The position numbers and the translations under genes were made by a program. A stretch of DNA of 64,000 nucleotides from Octopus sinensis (taxonomy: Eukaryota). Positions 38,069-51,356 of the stretch are shown piece after piece. How positions within the stretch are numbered: position 1 is the stretch's first letter; the number at the start of each line of letters is the position of its first letter. Location of the stretch: assembly GCF_006345805.1 (NCBI RefSeq), contig NC_042998.1:43896001-43960000 (forward strand), in the 5' to 3' direction. The notes under the pieces were generated by a model. The model saw only the letters and a list, made by a program, of their open reading frames with translations, ran no database searches and was not told the origin of the DNA.

Positions 38069-38869
38069 TTTATGTGTGTATATGTGGAAACGAGAAAACG
38101 TCTGTGTATGTAGCATAATAATGTTCGCTCTCAGACACTGACAACAATTTCATAAATACATGCAAACAATACCAATACATATATATCGATTTATAAACTA
38201 CACGTATTAATATTTATAATTTCGACATCTTTCGCAATCTTTTTGCTTCCCGAGTTTAATGGATTTTCGTTATTCATCTATTTATTTTTTACATTAATCT
38301 GTTTATCAATAAAAGTGATGAATTATGACATAAATTTATAACAATTCATAAACGTTCATCTAAAATTTCGCCTGGAAAACCGTTTTTCATATATTATTGT
38401 AATATATTTTGTTCACGCCTCTCTATCTCAAAAGTATATATTTATTTATAAAGAAGATGATCATCACATTTAAAACTTTTCTTTTAAACCGATAAATCCG
38501 ATCAAATAATATTACTCTCATTTATGCAAATAACATAAATTTCTATATTTTAAAATATAATAACATTGTTTTTAAATATGAATAATGGTATGAAATACTA
38601 AAGTGTATATCAGTAATTTGGAAATTTCTGAGAAAATTAATTTAAAAAACAAACAAAAAGAACATACATACGAGGAAGAAAAGTTTCATATTTATCTTTC
38701 CATATTCATTTTTTTTTTTATATTCCGCCTTTCCAAATACTTTAGCCAACGAATTAGACGGAAGAAAGTTTCATAGTTCAATATATTCAAACATTTGCAA
38801 ACAAAGGGAGAGTGAGATAGAGGGAAAGACAGAGAGAGAGAGAGAGCGGGAGCGCGGGAGAGGGGTAAA

Positions 38870-39066
38870 ATGGATAAACTACGAGAGAAATTACAACTTC
38901 CAAAAACTCAATCCTGTCACGAAGTTGGGAGTTTAAATGATTTCGTCCGGGATTCTATGTACCTGGCTTGGCCCGTTGCGAGCATCGCGGCCGATGGACG
39001 TCGCAGTCCAAGGCGACTGCTACCCCGACAACAGGAAGCAATCGACGAGGAAGCGGAAGAAGACAG
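38870..39066 (+). CDS. Candidate first coding exon of an unidentified host gene (65 codons, phase-2 donor)
   Basis: aaaATGg start; GC-rich non-repetitive ORF MDKLREKLQLPKTQSCHEVGSLNDFVRDSMYLAWPVASIAADGRRSPRRLLPRQQEAIDEEAEED; AG|GTAAAC donor just before the stop; lies in a repeat-poor region. Confidence 0.55.
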
Positions 39067-39924
39067 GTAAACCGGATGTAATATATTTCCCCCCAATTTT
39101 CCATATTTTTGACCTGTTTCCTCACTCACTTATTGTCGTTTTGTCAAATGTTTATTTCACCCTATAATTCACCCCTTTTTATCTACTCTCTTCCTCATAT
39201 TCTTCTATGGTGATATTTTGATGTTTTGATAAACACTTCACGATTTAGCATGCCAGTCACACACGTGAGCACTCTTTCATGACCAACGCAAATTTAAATG
39301 CTTTTATATACATAAGCATTCGAGTATATGCATAATATATATACACATGCATTCACACGCACGCACACATATTTATATATTCTTTTGATGATCCTAGCTT
39401 TGGACAGCATCTTTCCTGTGGCATTCCCTCTCTGTGTTTACTTTATCATATTACCTCTATAACTTATTTCCGTGGGATAATTATTTTTCCAGGTCAGTTC
39501 GACAAATTTAAGCATTCAACGTAAAGGCAAACTCCAATACAATTAGTGTCACGCACACACACAAATACACACATCCACACGCGCACGCACACATATACAC
39601 ACACAAGCGCGCGTTCACTCGCATGCACACGCGCACACACGCACGACGAACCTTTTCAGAAGTTAACCCGGACTTATTGCAGGAGTCACTTGTTCAAAGT
39701 ACCACGTAATGGAATGTACGCGGGACCACGTGACTACAAATGAAGCCTCTGAACCAGACGACTATACCAATAGAGACACATACGCACATACACCACGCAT
39801 GCACACACGTACAAGCAGAGGTATAGCTCTTATACATAAACACACTGTATACATATACAAGCATACATACAAACATATGTACACACACATATTTACCTAT
39901 TTATCTATCAATTTATCTATATAT

Positions 39925-40197
39925 CACGTGGTTTAGTGGCTATTTGTTTCACGACCGTAAGGTCGTGGGTTCAACTCCTAGCAGTGCGATTTGTCCTCGA
40001 GTAAGATGCTTTATTACACATAGTTTCAGTCCACTCAGTTGCCAAAAAATGAGTTGTACCTGTAATTTAAAGAGAAGTACATCAAGGGTACGCGTATCTG
40101 TGGAGTGTTCAGGCAGTTGATCGCTAATTTCACAAGCAGGAGTTCCATTGATCGGATGAACCAGCGCACTCATCGTCGTAAGCTCATCGCCATATAT
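39925..40197 (+). mobile_element. tRNA-derived SINE (CORE-like middle, structured tail)
   Basis: Head gtggtttagtgg...ggttcaactcc, middle tgtcctcgagtaagatgcttt, tail aagggtacgcgtatctgtggagtg...gttccattgatcggat. Confidence 0.65.
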
Positions 40198-40565
40198 ATA
40201 TATAGGTCTCGTATGAAGTGCAAATAGGTAAATGCTATTGTATACAAATGTATTGGACGGGGAAAACCTCTTGAGCAAGGAGCAACTTTTGCTGCGTTAT
40301 TCATTTGCCTGCTGAGGGTACGATTCAAATTCTGCTACCAACAACATTATCTCTCTCATCGCATTGAAGCCAGTTAAAGTAGTGGATTGCTGGAACCCAC
40401 ATCTGACAGTATGGTTGGGTTGGTGGTTATCTTGACATGCTGGATATATCAACTACTTTAAACCTGCCAGAGACCATGTCTTTCCCGAACTGAACATATC
40501 CGACTTCTTCTAGAGAGAGAGAGAGTGGAGGGGTGGGAGCTTGAACGTGCGGGAAAAAGATAGGG

Positions 40566-40822
40566 GGAGGGCAGCTGGCAGAAACGTTAGCACACCGGGC
40601 GAAATGCGTAACCGTATTTCATCTGCCGTTACGTTCTGAGTTCAAATTCCACCGAGGTCGACTTTGCCTTTCATCCTTTCGGGGTCGATTAAATAAATAC
40701 CAGTTACGCACTGGGGTCGATATAATCGACTTAATCTGTTGTCTGTCCTTGTTTGTCCCCTCTGTGTTTAGCCCCTTGTGGGTAGTAAAGAAATAGGTAT
40801 TTCGTCTGCCGCTACGTTCAAA
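40566..40822 (+). mobile_element. SINE family 1, long-tail subfamily
   Basis: Near-identical to the reverse complement of 11126-11358. Confidence 0.9.
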
Positions 40823-41034
40823 TAAGGAAATAAGAAAGAGATAGGGGGAAGATAGAAGGAAAGAAGAGCCGATTTAAGAACTTGAGTTATACTTTGATTA
40901 TCACCCCTGAAAGTATGATAGATAAAGATGAAGTCGGTGAAGGTCACAGAGAAATGGAACAAATGCTGCAAGGCATAATATCTGACACACAGTTTGACCA
41001 CTCAGCCAACTGCCACCAAATAGGTTATAATAAT

Positions 41035-41250
41035 TTTGATTTCAGATTTTGGCACAAGGATAGCAATTTAAGGGGAAGGTGTAAGTCGATTACATCGAGT
41101 CTAGTGTTTAACTGGTACTTATGTCAACGACGTCGAAAGGATGAAAAGCAACGTCGGCCTTGGCGGGATTTAAACTCAGTACGTAAAGACGGACAAAATG
41201 AGGCTAAGTATTTAACTCGGCGTGCTAAAGATTCTGCCAGCTCACCGCCT
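41035..41250 (-). mobile_element. SINE family 1
   Basis: Head ggcggtgagctggcagaatc to tail on the minus strand. Confidence 0.75.
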
Positions 41251-42369
41251 TTAAAGTTGACTCCAGCGGAATTTGAACTCAGCGCGCAGAAAGGTCTAAA
41301 CGACAATAACTGTACCAAATCGCTGCCTTAGGTTACAGTAATATTCAGTGAAATACTGAATAAACTTGCGTTGCGCCAAAGAACAGGAAAACACTCTATA
41401 TGGAGACGAGTTTTAGACATGGCATCGTTTTTACCTTGTATATGTGTATGGCTTTGGGCTATAATCAGAATTTTAATAAAAATATGATACTGTATTGGTC
41501 AGACTTTTTTCTTAAAAATATTACAGGTTAGTTTCACAATATCTTCGCAAAGCATGCATGCGTACACATTTGTTTCTTTTACTTTTTCTTCCTTCTCTCT
41601 CTCTCTCTCTCTCACTTTATATATATATATATTTATCTATATAAATATATACTTAGCTATCCATTTACGTTTCTTTTATTTGTTTTATTCTTTCTTCGGT
41701 GCTACCTTTGTGGTTCTGTTCAAGAAAGCATAGCTGTCTCGTGTCACGATAAAGGCCATCTGTTAAGAATATGTCTTCCAAGCAAAATTCATTGAAAAAG
41801 GCAAGCAATGACAAAACCACTCATTAGCTGCTTCTAGCAGCAGCTCCTTTATTATCAATAAATCACCACTTTGGAAATGTTTTGTAGTAAAGTTATATAC
41901 CCCAAAATTTGCAATTCGTGAGACAGATGCACATATTGCGCATAACTTAGTGCATGACACGGTGCGTGACAGCCGAACTAAATTCTATGATCAATATATG
42001 CTCAGCTACAGAATTCCAGCTAAGTTATATAAGAAAATATATATTGTATTCAATAGTAGTAGTTGAGTCTGGTTGCACTTTCCTTCTTTCATTTCTTAAT
42101 TTATGATATTGAACAAAAACTAATAAAAGCTAAAACGATATTCTAATTTCTCTTGTTTCTATGTTGACGCATCATGGCTCCAACTTGTTTATTTATCATT
42201 CTTCATCTCTTAACCTGAGGCCTCACCCCCACTTCTCGAAATTTCAATATGCCATTCTTCATATTGGATCTAGTGTAGTCATATAGTCATCTAGTATACA
42301 AATTCTATCCTTCACAAGGGTTTATTCTACACTTATTATTAGACTTGAAACAAACAGAACGAATTGATG

Positions 42370-42400
<31 letters not shown>

Positions 42401-43329
42401 TTGTGTGTGTGTGTGTGTGTGTGTATGCATATGTATATGTGTGAGTGTATGTGCGCGTGTGCGTGTGGATGGCTGGAAAGATGAAGGTAGTGTGACCGAA
42501 GTTTTGCTTCCTAAAACTTCAAACATTATATGTTTGTATTGCTTATTGCTTCTCAAGTTGCACACACATTTTCAGTAATCTCTCATTTGTCAGTCGTCTT
42601 CGTCACTTATGATCAATGACGTCCAACTAGACAGTCAATATATTTGTATTTCAGGGATAACAATTCCAATGTCATTAGCTGCTATTTCCGGTAAATCTAG
42701 CGACTATGTTTGTTGAGCCTTCCTAGGCGTTTGTCGCGCCAGTAAGACTCTCTAGCTCAACTCTCTTTCGTCTAATAATTAAAATTATTTTTCAACATTA
42801 CACTTATTGTCTTTTACTGACTCCATTTTCTGTCTTATTCGAAAAGTTATTTTTTTATTTTCTAGTTTTAATCTTTCAGGAAATACTTTACGTATTCAGT
42901 GAGATATTTCCATTCATAAAATCTTTCTGGTCTCAGTTCCTCACTTACATATACTGTTCTATCTCAAAATATGATAACGGAATTCCAGCCTTAAACTCTA
43001 TTTAGTCGTCAGCTAAGTGGTCAGTCATCGGAAGTGAATATACCTGATTGCATATATGTAATAAAACGAGTGAGAGAGATTAGGCTTTTTATTTGCATAT
43101 CGTATTCATTAACAAATCATGTATATTAACAAACACTTAAACAATTCGTCATGGTTTGGTCTATAGTGATACAAAGGAAAAAAATTTTATAGACAATTAT
43201 CATAGAATAGCCAGTGGAAACTGGCTGCGTGGTGTTCGATTCTAGATGTAAGTTGTGGAATAGATCGACAAAGAAATACAACCATTCTTTTGTACTTTTA
43301 TGCTGCAAGTTTTCTATATTCTCAAGTCA

Positions 43330-44100
43330 AAGAACTACTCCAGATCTTCCCGCCCACAATGACTCAACACTGCATTTCATTTTTCTGCAACGAATAGTGA
43401 CTCATCCGGGGAGTCGTTAGCTTCCAATCATACTCTTAATACATACACACCCTCCTCGTCACAACTATTGTTCCAGCAGTAATTATACTCCAACAATGTA
43501 ATAACTTCAATGATCACACCAAGTGTATCATTCCAGCTTAGTCTACCTTTTAAAGAATTAATATGTAGGTGTACCTATCCAAAACAACACTAAAGGATAT
43601 CAGTAATAAATCTGTTCTTGGCAATTATGCAGTAATTACTACCTGTACTGCGTTCAAGTGAGATTCACAATAGATTACTCTCCCAAATCTAGAGCGATGC
43701 TGCTACTGCGTATCCGGATATTCTAGATCGCATACCCTCAAAAGACTGCCAACAGGCTTTTACGCAGTCACTCACCAGCACACTCCTAACTTTTGATATG
43801 CGATGTTCTATCTCTTCTCTTTACCTTTTCTATCGCTACTATAACGGTACATACTCCTTAGATTTGTCCGGTAATTTCTCAGCGTCATTCAGCCGTTATT
43901 AACTTATTCGTCTCACCTGTTCTCGTCAGCTATGTTGTATTAAGCAACTCCCCCTCTTCATCAATGGCATAACCAATTTTTCAAGTCTTTTCTCCAGATT
44001 CTCTGGATTTGCTCCTCTGTCTAAAATTTTTCTTGCGTCTATTTATGTCGAAGAGAAACAATTACTGCGTTGATGTTACCGGTCACATTCACTCTATGAA
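43330..44100 (+). mobile_element. Degenerate CR1/Daphne-type LINE 3' fragment
   Basis: AATAYPDILDRI and LFYRYYNG remnants, same type as the 13231-14000 segment. Confidence 0.65.
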
Positions 44101-44651
44101 ACACATGAACATAACCTCTTCCCCAAAATGATCTATCAAAAAATAGTTTCAGCGCCTATTGCTCTTAACTCAAACAAAATAATTTAACCGAGTCCAAATT
44201 AAGAATAATTAGAGTAAGGACTTTTCCGGCAATTTCTAATTGACATTAATCATTTGAACTTTGCATAGTGTAGTATACTCACCGAATTCATTTTGATCCA
44301 TATGCTGTTAAATCAAGAGATAAGTCATTACTTTCAGTTCGTTTTGTTCCCTTTGTAAAGAGCTTCTTAATTTAACTTTCCAGCTACATACATTCTTACA
44401 GCGATTATACTTTCGAGTTCACATCTGTCTCTTTCTCTACACTTGTTTATATATACAAGTATATCGGGAAGGTCACATAACCCTTACAATGAAAACTTAA
44501 TCTCATTCTCTGCATAAGAGCATTTCACATTCCAAAGTAAACTCAGACCGTTATGTCAACTTTACTCGTGAACAACAACAACAATTATAATTATAATTAT
44601 AATTATAATAATAATAATTATTATTATTATTAATAATAATAATAATAATAA

Positions 44652-44864
44652 TCCTTTCTACTATAGGCACAAGGTCTGGAATATTGAGGGAGGGAGCTAG
44701 TTGATTACATAGACCCCAATAGTCAACAGGTACTTATTTTATCGACCCCGAAAGGATGAAATGCAAAGTCGACCTCGCTTGAATTTGAACTTAAAAAGTG
44801 AAAAAGAACGAAATGCCGCTAAGCTCTTTTCCCGGCTTGCTAACACTTCTGTCAGCTCACCGCC
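44652..44864 (-). mobile_element. SINE family 1 with (ATT)n tail
   Basis: Full copy; tail is the (AAT)n tract at 44580-44651. Confidence 0.85.
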
Positions 44865-44956
44865 TTAATAAGAATGACGATGATGATGATGATAATGATG
44901 ATGATGATGATGATGATAATGACAAGGACGACGACGACGACGTCGATGATAATGAT

Positions 44957-45177
44957 GGGTCTTTGGGGACAGTATCAGAAGGCATCAAGAGGAATATAAA
45001 GGAAATGGGAATACAGTGCCCAGTATTGACACAGTCCTTGACACTGCCGGAACGATCAGGAAAGTATTAAATCGTTGAGAAGAACAGACAGCATGGTACC
45101 GTAGACTAGGTAGCAAGTTCGCTGCGCATGCAAGACTCTGGGAGTTCGAACAAATTCTGACTTAAAAGAAAAAGAAA
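44957..45177 (+). mobile_element. R4/Dong-type 3' end, family E
   Basis: GSLGTVSEGIKRNIKEMGIQCPV...ggaaagtattaaat (RKVLN) plus the family E 3' UTR, ending at (AAT)n. Confidence 0.8.
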
Positions 45178-45189
45178 ATAATAATAATA

Positions 45190-45234
<45 letters not shown>

Positions 45235-45267
45235 CAAAAACAATAATAATTATAATAATATTAATAT

Positions 45268-45490
45268 ATTTCTTTACTACCCACAAGGGGCTAAACATAG
45301 AGGGGACAAACAAGGACAGACAAAGGGATTAAGTCGATTACATCGACCCCCAGTGCGCAACTGGTACTTTATTTATCGACCCCAAAAGGATGAAAGGCAA
45401 AGTTGACCTCGGCGGAATGTAAACTCAGAACGTAACGACAGACAGAATACCACTAAGCATTTCGCCGGCGCGCTAACGTGTCTGCCAGTT
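45268..45490 (-). mobile_element. SINE family 1, long-tail subfamily
   Basis: Matches 11126-11358. Confidence 0.85.
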
Positions 45491-45508
45491 CGAATAATGA
45501 TAATAATG

Positions 45509-45551
<43 letters not shown>

Positions 45552-45620
45552 TAATAATAATAATTATTATTATTATTATTATTGTTGTCGTTGTTGTTGT
45601 TGTTGTTGTTGTTGTTATTA

Positions 45621-45657
<37 letters not shown>

Positions 45658-46229
45658 CATTATTATTATTATTCACACTGCACAAATGTTGCGGTCAATA
45701 ATTTTAGAAGAAGACGTAACCTTAACTGCATTATAAATACGAGATCTCCACTTCAGAAGCAAGTAATCGAGAAACAAAAGAAAATTAGATAGATTAGAAT
45801 ATACTAAACCGACTCTTTGAGCTCTGTTCTTTCTTGTCCTTTATAGTAACCATACAACTGTTTCAGCAACCTGTCAACTGAAATGAACATCAAACTTCAT
45901 AATAACCACTCTAATTACCAATTTCTCTCTAGAACTGCATTTTAAACTCGTTTACAAGACATTAACTTGCTAACACCTGTAATTGCAGCTCTATATCTGC
46001 TGAGATAATTTCATATGCTAATAACATTTCTTAGTTAAGATGGACTAGTAACTGTATTGAAAATATTAAATTGATATAAATTTAGTTTTAAGATATTAAA
46101 ACTGGAATTTATAATGCGTCATTTGACTGCTGTTAGTAAAAAGTAACAGCACCAGACATATTATTATAAAGACTTTTAGTAAAAGCAGAAAGTCACAAAT
46201 ATTAGGGAGACTTAGCATTTCTTAGCTCC

Positions 46230-47400
46230 TCTTCTGCTCTACGGAGTGTCGGGTGAAGAGAGATATGCACCCGAAACAGACTCAAGCATCGTTACTAGCC
46301 TGCTCACAGACAAGGCTAATATCCACCAAGTCGTCTTTCACAATACTCAACAAGTTTTTGATCGGTTCGCGATATATTGCGCCAAGAAATTTTTCGAATG
46401 GTCCTATGGCAGTGTTCGTGGAAGAAACCAACTCTTCTCTTGATTCTGCTGATGTTTTTCCACGTCTTGCAGAGAAAGAACTCTGTCGGAAGAACAACTG
46501 ATGAACAAAGGCGCAGTTTCATGCATTGGACGCCAGAAGAGTTGAGCCATGCAAGCTTCAGGTGCTGAAACACAGCTGTAGCTTTACCGAGTCATTTTTC
46601 TTGTCAGTTTTCTGTTAGCTATTGTTTGCAATGTCAGAAATCTAACTCTGGCTCCCCAGCTGAAACTGTTCTTTTCATGTTTCCACAGCAATCCTGTCTT
46701 TCCTCTTATCATTGGTCATTCGAAGCAACCATTGACCTGGTGTTGCTGAGAGTTGGTAATGTTGGTAATGTCTTATCTTACTGTATATTTGGTACTAAGG
46801 AATCCCAGGTGTTCCGTGGAATCAAGTTAGGCAGTACCCCCTTGTCTACCTTTGATGCCATATACTGGATTCGACCTGGACTTTCTTATGATGAAATCCA
46901 CCACCTACAGAAAAGAGGCATTACACAACCTTGGTGCACCCAGTAACGATACCGAATATGCCTGTGTTTCAGTATTTGGTTCTGATGTTGCATTGTCTTC
47001 TATGACATTGTATCTTCCAAGATGGTATACACACACGAAACAGCACGACGATCGTCCATAGAGATTGTATGTGCACGATGTCAAAGGTCTTCATGAAGTT
47101 GATGAAGATGATCACAAGCAGTGAATACTGGAACTCGCAGTTCCTTTCGTACATGTTCATCAGGTGAGCAAGAGCACACTGAGCAGCATGGTTCTTCTGT
47201 GTGATATGAGTTGATAATATGACCCAACTCATTTTATCTGCTAACGAATATCTAAATATACTTGTTTCTCTAGCAACTGAATTATTGGAGTCAAGGTTTG
47301 TCAGCTTTGAGTTCCATCCCCGCCTAAGTTCCATCTTAAGTCGGATAACAGCATGGCCTTTCAAAATTAATGACACCCGAAGGCAAGGTATTCACAACCT
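46230..47400 (-). mobile_element. Degenerate RTE-clade LINE (RT and C-terminal region)
   Basis: YERNCEFQYSLLVIIFINFMKTFDIVHIQSLW (E.Q.P....FIDF.KAFDSV....LW) and FHEHCHRTIRKISWRN. Confidence 0.75.
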
Positions 47401-48414
47401 GTTATAATTACTAAGGTTACTCCCCATCAATCTGAGTCCAAGGGAATCTATATTTCTACTTAGAAGCCCATTCCTAGAACTGTCATAAAAAAAACTAGCC
47501 GAAAATGGGGTTCGTGTAAAGCAGGTCCTTATTGCCAAGAGACTTTAAGGATCTGCTTTACACGTCATGATTGAAGCTCCTATGCACAACCTCGTTTGCG
47601 GGAGAATAAAAATCGATTGAAAAGTATATTTCTTAAATTACTTGTATATATTTTACCACCCTCGTTTCGAATAATACATGCGTTTGAGTTATCGTAGCTT
47701 GTATTAATGTTCTTGTTCGTGTGCTGTACTGTGGGGCATGTGTAAATGAATTAATTTTGCGGGTGATTAAGATAATGATTTGGGATGTATATGTGTATAT
47801 TCTTTACTTCCATTTCTTTGACGGGAAGCTCGCACTGCTTTTTTCATATGAAGAGACTACTTTCAAAAGATTCTAAAAAATATAAAGGTATCTACCTATC
47901 TATAGACAAAATATGTTTTCTACCTTAAGGTAAAATGAGTGGAAAAGGAAATTTTACAAAGCTTCTCTTAACAAAATTAACAAACCATTGTTATTTTTTA
48001 TGTGAAATAAATCCTTGTAAATTTCCAGTTCCTCCAGGGGTTGTGTAACATCTGCTGTTGGCAAACGACATCCATAACAACATTGATAACATCAACTATA
48101 GCATTAAGAACAACAACAATAGTAGCAGCAACATCAATAATAATAACAACAACAATAATAATCTTTCATTTACTAGCAACAGGTGCTTAAAGTGTTACAA
48201 AAAAATACATTCATGTTAAACAAAGGGATAACAAAAATGTTTTGGATGAGACGAAAAATTTATAAAAACACGAACGGAAGAGTAAAATATGGTGTGACAT
48301 GTATAATTTGAACGAATTAAAAATTTATAAAACACAAACGTTACACAGAAATTAATCTAAAAATTATGATAAAGGATACAGTAATTAAAATAAAATTTTC
48401 ATATAAAAATTAAA

Positions 48415-49560
48415 ATTAATTGTGTTGATCATGGACTATCACATTCCCGACCACACTCCACCGTACTTCTTTCCTGTATTGTTCAAAGCAGGAAACTCCA
48501 CACTGTTTCGTGAGGTCTTCTAATGTCATGTTTGAAAAGACCACGTTTGCTACATCGTTGAAATATAATACTTGAAAATCTATATGAAATTTGAACAAGT
48601 ACTTTTTTCATACTCCTAAAAGTGGCTCTCCTATTGAATCCGTACTTCGTTTGAATATTCTTTGTGTATAGATGGTATAGAACACTTACAAGAGCTTTGT
48701 TTTTCTTGCTAATTTCATTTCATTCTGGGCAGGGGCTAATTCCAACACAGGTGATTTTCGTATTCGTTCATTTAATAAAGATATTTCTTCAGATGAGAGA
48801 ATTTCGTCTTCACAGGATGTGTACTTCATATTGCATTTTCATAGCTTATTTTATTTCTTCCTTTGGATAGTTTCCGCACTTTTAGAAAGCGTTCCCCATC
48901 GGCTTCCGTCTGGGCCCGATCTTCATAAATGTTTGGAGTATATTGCTATGAGGAGGTACCACTTGTTCACTCTTGTTGTTGCTGTCGGTGATAATCTTCA
49001 TCTTTACCGGTTGTGGTTGGAAGAAGGAAGTTTTGGTTCTCATGTTTCGTTATTAGTAATGAGAATAAAACAATTGCATTGATGTGTTGTTTTGGTTTAG
49101 TTTTTTATCACTTCCTGTAAGTTAGATTTTGGTTCTACGTGTTTAACAATTGGGTTATCTTCTTTTGTGGATGAGTCTTAAGCTTTTCATCCGAGTACAC
49201 TCTACAAGAAATCGTTCTAGTATTGTTTTGTGATCTTTATGTGGTCATGAGGACTAGCACGACCATCGTTATCGATCAGCTATTTATAATGTGCCAGGAA
49301 GGTGACTAATTGCCTGGATCGACATCGTCAACGACCTCCCTGAATGTCACACTTGTATTTCTCCTTCTTAGAGAATTCCGAAAGCAGTTAATAGGAAGAA
49401 GTACTGCCTATAGTTTGGGTTAGGATCTTCGTTCCGACTTCTGTTTCAAGAATGGCAAATATGGTGTAATAAGCACTCATGCTTCCCTTGGAAGATATCT
49501 GATTTGAAATATCTGCCAGGGTTGTCTCTGTTTCACGTTTGCTTATTACGAAATAGTATG
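48415..49560 (-). mobile_element. Possible very old L1/Tx1-like LINE relic
   Basis: Decayed GR*RCRSRQLVTF (GRxxRCxxCxxxGH-like knuckle) near 49290-49340; otherwise weak. Confidence 0.2.
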
Positions 49561-49596
49561 TTATATGTTTGGTTAGACAGAAATATGCTACTTCTC

Positions 49597-49707
49597 GCTT
49601 AATTTATTGACTTCAAAAGGATGAAAGGCAAAGTCGACTTCGGCGGAATTTGAACTCAGAATGTGAAGGCGGATGAAATAAGACTAAGCATTTCGCCCGG
49701 CGTGCTA
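49597..49707 (-). mobile_element. SINE family 1, 5' half
   Basis: aaaaggatgaaaggcaaagtcgacttcggcggaatttgaactcagaa...gcccggcgtgctaa. Confidence 0.75.
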
Positions 49708-50324
49708 ATATATTTCGGAGGAGGTAGTGTTGTCTACATCGACTAGCACTTTACTGACTAGCTCTTTATTACATTGACATCAGATAATAAAAAGGCAACG
49801 GGAGATGTCCTCGACGGATTTTGGATTTAGGACGTAAAGAGCCGGAAAATACCGCGTAGCAATTGTCGGACGCTTCAACCGTTTTGTCAGTCTACATTAG
49901 CTCACATTTTCGTGAAATGTATAATCGATTGTATTGATTATGTTTCCCAGCTTTAGAAATAAAAGAAAGATAATCCTTTTCTGAATTACATCAATGTATA
50001 TGGCCTTGAGCTTATCTCCTGCTTTGTGGCGTTAAGCGGATGAAGCAAATATCAACTTCTTGATAAAGCATTGGTCTACTGCCGGAGTCTTTTATCACTG
50101 AATAAATTTTATGTGGTACTGATAGCTCGAGTCGCTGCTCAAATCGACAATGCTAACCCAACTTGGAACAGTGCGTTATTATTAGATTGTAGTACCAATT
50201 TATAACTGAATAGGTGGTCTATTTGATAGATGTATGATGATTTTAGACATATGATAGGATACAGACTAACAATCTCTCCTTTTCTAGATGTCTTCTACAT
50301 TACCCAGTCTACTCTTTACTCTTT

Positions 50325-50537
50325 TACTCTTTTACTTGTTTCAGTCATTTGACTGCGACCATGCTGGAGCACCGCCTTTAGTCGAGCAAATCGACCCCGG
50401 GACTTATACTTTGTAAGCCCAGTACTTATTTTATCGGTCTCTTTTGCCGAACCGCTAAGTGACGGGGACATAAACACACCGGCATCGGTTGTCAAGCAAT
50501 GCTAGGGGGACAAACACAGACACACAAACACACACAT

Positions 50538-50578
<41 letters not shown>

Positions 50579-50745
50579 TACGACAGGCTTCTTTCAGTTT
50601 CCGTCTACCAAATCCACTCACAAGGCATTGGTCGGCCCGGGGCTATAGCAGAAGACACTTGCCCAAGATGCCACGCAGTGGGACTGAACCTGGAACCATG
50701 TGGTTGGTTAGCAAGTTACTTACCACACAGCCACTCCTGCGCCTA
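50325..50745 (-). mobile_element. tRNA-derived SINE, family 3 (CORE-like), near full length
   Basis: Head ggcgcaggagtggctgtgtggtaag..ggttcagtccc, CORE-like cttgggcaagtgtctt, internal (TA)n/(TG)n, tail repeat gtaaaaga. Confidence 0.85.
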
Positions 50746-51356
50746 CTGTCAACACTTTCCTGTTGTGTTATATATTTTTTGCCACATTGGGTAGATAAAA
50801 GCAAAACAAAATGTCTTCGAGACTTCAGCCCATAATGTAAAGCATTGTAACGAAATACTGCAATAATATTTAGGTACAAGTGCAGTCCCATTACAAACAC
50901 TCAGAACTGAGTTTGTCTTTCACCATTTTTGAGTTGATAAAATAAGTACCAGGTATATATTCAACAATTTTAGCGTTCCCTTTTGTTAGCATGATATCTC
51001 AAGAATTTCCATTCTTATTTCACAAAGAATTAGGCACATCACTGAAGATATGATGTATAAAAATATTCAAGATTAACGTATGATTTGTGTGAGAATGCTC
51101 TAGTATTTGTAGACCGTTGCATGACTATTTCCTGAAACGTGCCTAAGTATATACTTATAGATAACCAGTCAATGTCTTGACAGAAGCGATTATCTTTAAT
51201 TCCGTTTGTACCAATTGGATGATGGACACAATTCATACATGTTGTAATCTGTTTATTTCAATCACAAAGTCAGCGTAATTCTTCAGTTATTCAAACTGAA
51301 CTGCTTCTGCCCAACGTTAATGTTGTTACTGTTAGTTATAGTTATTATTGTTGTAA

